Notes under the pieces: model-generated | Told to the model about the DNA's origin: nothing | Database searches by the model: none | What the model saw: only the letters and a program-made list of their open reading frames with translations | Made by a program: the position numbers and the translations under genes | In this document: positions 1-6,996 of the stretch, one piece after another | Layout of the letters: each line of letters opens with the position of its first letter | Numbering within the stretch: the stretch's first letter is position 1 | Source: Octopus sinensis | Lineage: Eukaryota | DNA: 8,074 nucleotides | Assembly (NCBI RefSeq): GCF_006345805.1 | Contig: NW_021828477.1 | Coordinates: 1-8,074 of the forward strand | Direction of reading: 5' to 3'

Positions 1-196
1 TGCTGCAAAAGAACAAACTGCAGTATAAGATGAACCGAGTTAGTAAAAGTTTTTATATTTCATTTCACTAAATTTATCAAGCTTCTGTGTATCTAGCACA
101 TACTTCGCCTTTTAATGTTTTATATGAATATATATGGCCTGTGCTAGAACACCGGCGATAATAATTAATTTTATTTTATCGCATTTTGACTTTGTT

Positions 197-363
<167 letters not shown>

Positions 364-1146
364 TCTATTACCAATGTATCTCAAAGGCGAATCCAGCTAC
401 AAATAATATCTTACAATACGTCGGATTTAAAAAAATCAATCCTCGGGTGGGAAATATCAACACCAGTTCTACGCGTGTTGATGTGTGCTGATGGGTGCTG
501 ATATCTGTCAAACGGATAATTCATGGATTATCACCACATCTATGAATTATCGGTTTACGAGACATCAAAACGCATCATCAAATAAATTGTTTAATTATTT
601 TTATAAACAAAAGAGTCGTGTCCTTTTTAGCTTCATAGGCCAAGCGGTGTAGCTCTGACTAAGACGACACACGATAAGGTCAAAACGCCACGGTGCCCTT
701 ACGTCTTCTTACAACGGTGAATGGCTTGTTAATTTACACATTGTCACAAGGAACGTGTTCGCTGTTCATATTCGCATCAGAGTCTGCCAGAGAGTATTAA
801 GAATAAATGGTTATGTCATTGCTTGGATTCACACTTTTCTTTATCCACTCCAGGAATCAATAACTGAATAACATCACCACGCGTTGTCAAATAATTTGTT
901 TGTTGATTTCTTCAGGGGAAAGAAAAAAATCATGTGCTCTTATTAGATTGATCGAAGAAACACTCTGGTCAATACTATGTTTGAGGAGACACACTGGTCA
1001 AAACAGCGTGGCCTCTCAAAGTCTCCTGCGTGCGTTATAAACACACATCAGCTAAAGGTAGATGTTCTCCGATGACGAAAAACCAGAACGATCAAATATT
1101 CATAACAAAATCTGCCAGAACGTACCAAAATGAATAGATTGTATAA

Positions 1147-1386
1147 TACATACATACATACATACATACATACATACATACATACATACATACATACATG
1201 CATACATACATAGATACATAGATACATACATACATACATGCATACATACATACATACATGCATGCATACATAGATAGATAGATACATACATACATACATA
1301 CATGCATACATACATATATACATACATACATGCATGCATACATACATACATACATACATACATACATGCATACATACATACATACA
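1147..1386. repeat. (TACA)n tetranucleotide microsatellite with TGCA/TAGA variants
   Basis: Directly visible. It generates the spurious MYVC/HTYI ORFs at 1048-1524. Confidence 0.97.
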
Positions 1387-1532
1387 CCACACACCACACA
1401 CACACGCACACATATACATATCTGTATTAGAGCACACATATATATCTTCATAAGTATATACATACTACATGCATACATACACACATACACACATATACAT
1501 ACATGCACATACACACACACATAGATACATAC
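1387..1532. repeat. Degenerate (CA)/(TA) low-complexity tract
   Basis: Mixed CA/TA dinucleotide runs continuing from the TACA array. Confidence 0.85.
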
Positions 1533-1624
1533 TGGTGGAACATTCCCATCAAAACGTATCTCAGTGTAAACATAAGAAACCAGATATCATTGTTTGAGAC
1601 AAACAAGCAAAAGTATGTAGCATC
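1533..1624 (+). mobile_element. Decayed fragment of the restriction-like endonuclease (PD motif) of an R4/Dong-clade non-LTR retrotransposon
   Basis: Frame from 1533 reads WWNIPIKTYLS. After a frameshift the frame from 1565 reads CKHKKPDIIV*DKQAKVCSI, where the TGA at 1595 likely derives from TGG. This fits the recalled R4-clade pattern WW(N/D)xPIxTDxxxxHNKPDIVxxDKxxKxCxIIDVAVP. Confidence 0.7.
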
Positions 1625-1690
1625 AATGGCGGTGCCCCAGCATGGCCACAGCTCGTGAGCTGAAACTAGAATCAATCAATCAATCAATCA
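1625..1690 (+). mobile_element. Retroposon 3' tail (SINE/RTE-like) with stem-loop and (ATCA)5 tail
   Basis: GGCGGTGCCCCAGCATGGCCACAG..CTGAAAC is homologous to the 3' end of the - strand SINE at 3194-3232 (GGCGGTGCTCCAGCATGGCCGCAG..CTGAAAC). It ends in (ATCA)5 at 1671-1690. RTE origin is an inference. Confidence 0.75.
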
Positions 1691-2034
1691 CAGGAGTTAG
1701 CTGTCCTGCTGATGTGAAAATCTCTTTGAAAATAAAAAAAAAAATATGAGAATGACAATTGACAACTACTTGGAAGTCTCCAGATTAGAAATTCGCATTT
1801 ATGCCAATAATAATTGGTGCACTAACTGTCAGTGTGGATAAGCTTGGATTTTCAGAAAAAGAAATCAATCTAAACTAATTCGTACATTACATATACGATC
1901 TGTAAGTGGAACAGTAAAAACATGCAAGACTTTTCTCAAATTTAAAATGTAATCTTTTTTTCTTCTTGTTATCTTAGCTTTGTATCTTAGAAACCAACTT
2001 CTTCTCCAGAGAAAGAATTTAAAAACAGAAGAGA

Positions 2035-2053
2035 ACACACATACACGCACACG

Positions 2054-2105
<52 letters not shown>

Positions 2106-2163
2106 ACACCACAACACACCATCACACACACACACACAACACACACACACACACACACACACA
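2035..2163. repeat. (CA)n microsatellite with CG variants
   Basis: Directly visible; uninterrupted purine-pyrimidine alternation at 2035-2105. Confidence 0.97.
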
Positions 2164-2224
2164 AAGATACATATGTATATATGATACCTTAAAATCTTAA
2201 GTTGATAGCTAATAATTGATCACG

Positions 2225-2377
2225 TGTGAATGACTAAACTAAAATGCCAATAATGTTTTAGAATATAGCCTTCACTGTTGCTATGTGCTCTTATGTGAAT
2301 GTGAATGACTGAACTAAAATGCCAATAGTGCTTAGAATATATTCTCTATTGTTGCTATGTACAATATCTGCTCTTAT
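2225..2377. repeat. Diverged ~75-bp tandem duplication
   Basis: TGTGAATGACT(A/G)AACTAAAATGCCAATA..TTAGAATATA..TGTTGCTATGT..GCTCTTAT occurs at 2225-2294 and 2300-2377. Confidence 0.9.
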
Positions 2378-2900
2378 ATAAGATATGAGTAGCCAAAGCT
2401 ATCATTAATCATGTGTGAAAGAATATATTAAACATAAATACTGTTTAGAGCAAATAGTTCATAGCGGATACTTAAGAGTTCTTGTATAATGCATAAGTAG
2501 GTAAATATTTTGATAAAGTGTCAGCCATAGTAACTCTGTTTTTATTCATGTGGTTCCCGCTTCTGTTTATGCTTGGTATGCTGTCAAGCGAAGGCGATAC
2601 TGATTTCTTTTTTAAAATTGACAATATGCTGCACCAGTGATCAAAACATCTAATTTTCAATGGTTTAACTCTGTAAAACTTAAGACAGCGTTGTAAAACT
2701 GGTTACAGTAATCGGTTGCAGGAGTGAGGTAAAATCGACGGGTGTTTCCTTGGTTTATAGTACTGAGTACAATAAGACATTTCTCAGGTTTCCACCCATA
2801 AATGATGCTGGCTTCCATTGATACCCTACGGCAGGTTTCGTGCTATTTTAACTTTACTCAAACTCGATGTTATTCTTTAACCCTCAGGTAATCTATGAAC

Positions 2901-3166
2901 CGCGAAAGCGTGTGTGGCTTGGTGGTTAGGGTATATTCGGCTCACGAATACACCCTAATCGTGAGTTCGATTCCCGGTGGTGCCTTGTGTCCTTCAGCAA
3001 GACACTTAAATTCTCGTTGCTCCTGTCCACTCAGATAGTAAAATCAAGTAGTACTTGCGTTTCATGCCATATCTTGTGTCACGCTGAATCTCTTTGAGAA
3101 CTACATGAAGTGTACACTTGTCTGTGGAGTGCTCAGCCACTTTTCCGTTAGTTTCATGAGCAAGCT
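2901..3166 (+). mobile_element. tRNA-derived SINE (copy 1), 3' end interrupted
   Basis: A box TGGCTTGGTGG at 2915-2925 and B box GTTCGATTCC at 2965-2974, followed by TGTGTCCTTCAGCAAGACACTTAA (2986-3009), a CORE/V-type central motif seen in many metazoan SINEs. There is no CCA end or acceptor stem, so it is not a tRNA gene. Confidence 0.85.
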
Positions 3167-3530
3167 CTCTTTTCTTTTGCTCTCTTTTACCTGTTTCAGT
3201 CTTTTGACTGCGGCCATGCTGGAGCACCGCCTTTAGTACTTATTCTATCGGTCTCTTTTTGCCGAACCGCTAAGTTACGAGGACGTAAACACACCAGCAT
3301 CGGTTGTCAAGCAATGCTAGGGGGACAAACACAGACACACAAACACACACACATATACATATATATACATATATACGACAGGCTTCTTTCAGTTTCCGTC
3401 TACCAAATCCACTCACAAGGCATTGGTCGGCCCGGGGCTATAGCAGAAGACACTTGCCCATGGTGCCACGCAGTGGGACTGAACCCAGAACCATGTAGCT
3501 GGTTAGCAAGCTACTTACCACACAGCCACT
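3167..3530 (-). mobile_element. Composite tRNA-derived SINE (copy 2): head, CORE-like motif, internal microsatellite and stem-loop tail
   Basis: On the - strand: A box TGGCTGTGTGG (3528-3518), B box GGTTCAGTCCC (3485-3475), CORE-like GGCACCATGGGCAAGTGTCTT (3467-3447), internal (TA/TG) repeat at about 3325-3376, tail GGCGGTGCTCCAGCATGGCCGCAGTCAAAAGACTGAAAC, then an A/G-rich end. Flanked by CAAGCT at 3161-3166 and 3531-3536. Confidence 0.9.
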
Positions 3531-3654
3531 CAAGCTGTTAATTATAAATATAAAATAGGATTTTTTAAAATACCGAATGGCCAATTGGGTCCACCCAAGT
3601 ATAATAGGAGTAAAAGGGGTTTATAGTAAAAAAATTGTTGAGAATCGTTGGTCT

Positions 3655-4135
3655 ATCCTGCGAATACCGTATGCAACTTTCACCAATTCCTTTTCTGCGC
3701 AGCCATTTTCTCGATGTTGTAGGATCTTGTCTTCTTTTCTACTTACTTTACTAAGTTTACTTTAAGCGTCCTCAAGTCCAGATTTATATCCGCATTTAGA
3801 ATTTCTTGTCCAAATCGTCTACGAATTCTCCGATAAGAACTAAGTCATCAACACGTTGGAGTTTTCAAGAATTGTTTATAAAGAGCTATGATGAACAGGA
3901 GGAGATAAGGACTGAACCCTGATATATCGCGACCTGCACGGTAAATTCATTGCTAAACCTCATCCTGCTAACCGTCATCTCCATATAACCCTCACAAGAC
4001 GTTTAACTATGCCTAGCTTCCTAAAAACAACCAGATTGTAGATAAAAGGATTCTTTCGAAGTCCTCTATGCTAAAAATGTGTAATCCATGGGAGGAAACT
4101 TTGTAGAAGCGTTAAATTTGACTTGCTGTAAGGAT
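3655..4135 (-). mobile_element. Decayed RTE-clade LINE reverse transcriptase fragment
   Basis: Manual - strand translation across frameshifts gives, in order: DFERILLSTIW / RKLGIVKRLVRVI / SNEFTVQVAIYQGSVL (QGSVL 3921-3907) / LFIIAL / RVDDLVLIGE (VDDLVLI 3852-3832; YADD equivalent) / LKVNLVK (3766-3746) / VSRKEDKIL / RKWLRRKGIGESCIRYSQ (3711-3658). This is collinear with the recalled RTE pattern AFDRVP..W..LRKLG..F.V.VGVHQGSVLSPLLF..YADDLVL..GLKVN..KT..GKWPC..CRKGVG.NSI.C. Ends are approximate. Confidence 0.85.
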
Positions 4136-4510
4136 GTAATGTTTGTGACGTTTCGTACATTTATCCTTTATCTTACAGTGAAGAAAAAAGCAAAAGAAAA
4201 AGTGATGGAATAAATTCTGTTTATAAGATGGTAAAAGAAAATGATATTGGTATACATTTCAGTTAATTTAGTGCAGTCGTTCAGTTATTTTAGTGCATAG
4301 TTTTATTATGACGTAAAACTTAAAGTCTAATCTTAAGTTCGACCGTCTATTTGAAATTTATGTTAGATTATATCTATGTCTCTGTTATTTAAAAGTCTTT
4401 CGTTTCATGTCTTTCTTAAATATTCTTCAGGCGACTAAATCATGTTGTATAAATAAACTTTAGTATGATGAGTAGTTTTTACATCTCCGCTTCTATTTGT
4501 CTATTTAATT

Positions 4511-4617
4511 GCACAAATATACATACAAACGCACACACACATATGCCCCCACACACATACACGCACGCACACACATGCACACACACACACACACACGCAT
4601 ATACACACACGCACACA
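4511..4617. repeat. Degenerate (CA)n microsatellite
   Basis: Directly visible CA runs with TA/CG/TG variants. Confidence 0.93.
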
Positions 4618-4699
4618 TTTGCCTTCATCACACATAAAACGTTATCAACTTCTTTCCTTGTCTTCTATCAATAACATTCATACATCATTTATCGCTTAG

Positions 4700-4830
4700 A
4701 ACAACAACAGCGATATAAAAAACAAACAAACAACTGAATAAACCAACAACAAAAATGAAAAAATAATTAAACAAAACAATGAAAATAATATGTAAAGAAA
4801 AGTAAAAACAAGAGAGACAAAAAGATAAAT
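4700..4830. repeat. A-rich (AAC/AAAAC) low-complexity tract
   Basis: Strongly A-skewed with AAC units; no clear period. Confidence 0.7.
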
Positions 4831-5313
4831 GATCATATTTTCAGAATTAGAAGGGAAAAATAAAACCAAATTGAATTTTAAATAAAACTTTCACCATACG
4901 ATAAAATTTTCAGTGAAATCTAAATATATGTGAAATGTCATATTCTAACTAATGTAATAGCGGTGAAAAACGACGGGTTTATTTCAGTCTCTTTTCACTA
5001 AATCTTAATGTTTCTGCTTCAAGCCTTACGCTATTTTCTTCATGTGTTTTATTTTATCTTCTTTCAGTTATTCTTTTACCACATTAACATTACTTCAAAT
5101 CTTGACGCTGTCACTTCTCATATTTCTTGTTATCTTGTAGCATTTCTTCATAACTCGAGTATTGACTCCTTGTGAAAATCTTCACCTTCATTTTATAGTT
5201 TTTACTCGGGTCGTTACTCAGCGATTGAGTGGGCTTCGTTTGTTTAACTTGTATTTAAATATTTGAAAAGTTTATCTTATTTTTTATGCTCTCGCTACCA
5301 TACTGTCTTTCCT

Positions 5314-5403
5314 ACTGACTGACTGATTGATTGACTGACTGACTGACTGACTCACTCACTCACTCACTCACTCACTCACTCACTCACTCAATCACTCATT
5401 CAC
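5314..5403. repeat. Compound (ACTG)n-(ACTC)n tetranucleotide microsatellite
   Basis: CTGA units switch to CTCA units at about 5351. Confidence 0.95.
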
Positions 5404-5451
5404 TTATTTCTCCTGAAAGAAAATATCTACGAAGTAAAGTTCTGTGAACGT

Positions 5452-5484
5452 TCACAACAACAACAATAACCAAAACAGCAGCAA

Positions 5485-5537
<53 letters not shown>

Positions 5538-5552
5538 ATAATAATAATAATA
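5452..5552. repeat. Compound (AAC)n-(TAC)n-(TAA)n trinucleotide array
   Basis: Directly visible; it abuts the 5' truncation point of the first R4/Dong-type copy. Confidence 0.95.
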
Positions 5553-5745
5553 AAACAACCAAAACACCAGGACTTACGAATGTATATAACATACAGAAAA
5601 TAGCACCCCTAGGCACCGCGTACATCCTACATAAGGCACCTTCAATACAGTGGTAAAAGGAGCAAGAAAACAAACCACAGCACGTATCCAAGGCACATAG
5701 AGCAGCGCTCAGTAGTGAAGTGAACGCAAGTGATAAAAAAAATTA
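5553..5745 (+). mobile_element. 5'-truncated R4/Dong-clade non-LTR retrotransposon 3' end (copy 1)
   Basis: Encodes KTPGLTNVYNIQKIAPLGTAYILHKAPSIQW*, matching the R4-clade C-terminal pattern (LQKxALLGTAHILRKxL). It is followed by a 3' UTR homologous to that of copy 2 and a (TGA)n/TAA tail. Confidence 0.8.
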
Positions 5746-5767
5746 ATGATGATGATGATGATGATAA
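5746..5767. repeat. (ATG)n tract, probably a mutated (TAA)n tail or target between the two R4/Dong copies
   Basis: AATGATGATGATGATGATGATAA; it accounts for the poly-Met start of ORF 5746. Confidence 0.85.
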
Positions 5768-6074
5768 TACAAAGTCCTGGAAATAGAGGTAACTCGAATG
5801 TGTGGAGTCTAAAAACAGAAGCAATACCTATCATAATAGGCGCATTAGGTATGATTAAAAAATATTCAGACAAATGTATAACAAAATCACCAGCACTAAC
5901 AAGTATATATAACATACAGAGAATAACAGTACTAGGCATCGCACACTTCCTACGTAAAACACTTTCAATACAGTAAAAATAAGAGTATCACAACAAACCA
6001 CAGCACATACCCAAGGCACACAGAGCTGCGCTCGGTAGTGAAGTGAGAGTACGTTATAAAAATAAGACTACTGT
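5768..6074 (+). mobile_element. 5'-truncated R4/Dong-clade non-LTR retrotransposon 3' end (copy 2)
   Basis: From 5768 reads YKVLEIEVTRM. After a 2-nt TG insertion (5801-5802) it reads WSLKTEAIPIIIGALGMIKKYSDKCITKSPALTSIYNIQRITVLGIAHFLRKTLSIQ* (stop 5974-5976). This matches the RLE KYxDLxxEIxxxW..(V/I)P(I/V)(V/I)(I/V)GALG motif region. A 3' UTR and a (TAA)n tail follow. Confidence 0.88.
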
Positions 6075-6113
6075 ATAATAATAATAATAGTAATAATAAT
6101 AATGATAATGATG

Positions 6114-6146
<33 letters not shown>

Positions 6147-6183
6147 TAATAATAATATAATAATAAAATAATAATAATAATAA
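6075..6183. repeat. (TAA)n array; 3' tail or target of R4/Dong copy 2
   Basis: Directly visible. Confidence 0.95.
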
Positions 6184-6208
6184 CGTGCAAAGACAAGAAT
6201 AATATAGT

Positions 6209-6420
6209 AATCCTTTCTACTATAGGGACAAGGCTTGGAATTTGTGGGGGGGGAGGGGGCGATATTCGATCACATCGCCCCCAGTGCACAACCGTTACTT
6301 ATTCATCGACCTCAAAAGATGAAAGGCAAAGTCAACATCGACACATTGGACGTAGAGCCAGACAAAATATTGTTAAGCATTTCGCACGGCGTGCTAACGA
6401 TTCTACCAGCTTGCCACCTT
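6209..6420 (-). mobile_element. tRNA-derived SINE (copy 3), old, B box deleted
   Basis: Homologous to 6997-7213 along its length (e.g. AAGCATTTCGC.CGG.GTGCTAACGATTC..CCAGCT.GCC.CCTT). The - strand head is AAGGTGGCAAGCTGGTAGAATCG, and the B-box segment present in copy 4 is missing. Confidence 0.88.
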
Positions 6421-6444
6421 GATAATAATAATATAATAATATAA

Positions 6445-6475
<31 letters not shown>

Positions 6476-6484
6476 GTAGTAGTA

Positions 6485-6517
<33 letters not shown>

Positions 6518-6627
6518 TATAATAGCTGTAGTAGTAAAATAATAATAATATAATAATAATAATAATAATATATAATAGTAGTATAATAATAATAATAATA
6601 ATAATAATAATCATAGTAGTAGTAATA

Positions 6628-6659
<32 letters not shown>

Positions 6660-6766
6660 GTAGTAATAATAATAATAATATAATAATAATAATAAAAATA
6701 TAATAATAATGATGATATAATAATAATAATAAAATAATAATAATAATGAAAATAATAAAAATAATG

Positions 6767-6809
<43 letters not shown>

Positions 6810-6860
6810 TAAAAATAAAAATAATAAAAATAATGGTAGTAATAGTAATGATAATAATAT
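6421..6860. repeat. Long (TAA)n array with TAG/TGA/AAA variants
   Basis: About 440 bp, directly visible, with only two C residues (6526, 6612). Confidence 0.97.
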
Positions 6861-6896
6861 TTATTTCTTTACTAATGATAATAATATCATAGATAA

Positions 6897-6924
6897 GAAC
6901 AACAGCAACAATGACAACAGCGGT

Positions 6925-6959
<35 letters not shown>

Positions 6960-6996
6960 TAGCAACAACAACAACAACAACAACAATAACAATTAT
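6897..6996. repeat. Compound (CAA)/(GCA)n/(ACA)n trinucleotide array
   Basis: Directly visible; source of the poly-Ala/poly-Thr ORF at 6911. Confidence 0.93.

Noticed and set aside
94-182. Short inverted repeats CTAGCACA/TGTGCTAG and GCGATAA/TTATCGC
   Set aside because: Only 7-8 bp arms in AT-rich DNA; expected by chance and no TSD or TIR context.
960-1001. Short direct repeat ACAC(T/A)CTGGTCAA, twice
   Set aside because: Only two short units with no array; not CRISPR-like and not interpretable.
1048-1524. ORFs of 64-142 aa rich in MYVC/HTYI
   Set aside because: They are translations of the (TACA)n and (CA)n repeats, which lack stops in several frames.
2035-2105. Z-DNA-prone alternating purine-pyrimidine tract
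   Set aside because: A generic property of CA repeats that are ubiquitous in this kind of genome; no locus-specific evidence.
1865-2192. CV- and HT-repeat ORFs
   Set aside because: Translation of the (CA)n microsatellite.
2901-2980. tRNA-like A and B boxes, also at 3475-3528 and 7127-7201
   Set aside because: No cloverleaf with acceptor stem, and each continues into a SINE body, so these are SINE heads and not tRNA genes.
3006-3765. ORFs 3006-3227, 3304-3498, 3314-3541 and 3577-3765
   Set aside because: They lie within SINEs or antisense to the RTE relic and show no protein-like signal.
5553-6074. Two similar ~190-bp units that could be mistaken for a CRISPR or satellite array, or an intact small gene
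   Set aside because: They are truncated retrotransposon 3' ends. The ORF starts come from microsatellites (GTG plus poly-N/T, and poly-Met) and copy 2 has a frameshift.
6068-6614. Poly-Ile/poly-Leu hydrophobic ORFs resembling membrane proteins
   Set aside because: Translation of (TTA)n and (ATT)n.
6859-6874. TTTATTTCTTTACTA, resembling a recalled octopus SINE 3' end
   Set aside because: Too short and AT-rich to support a call.
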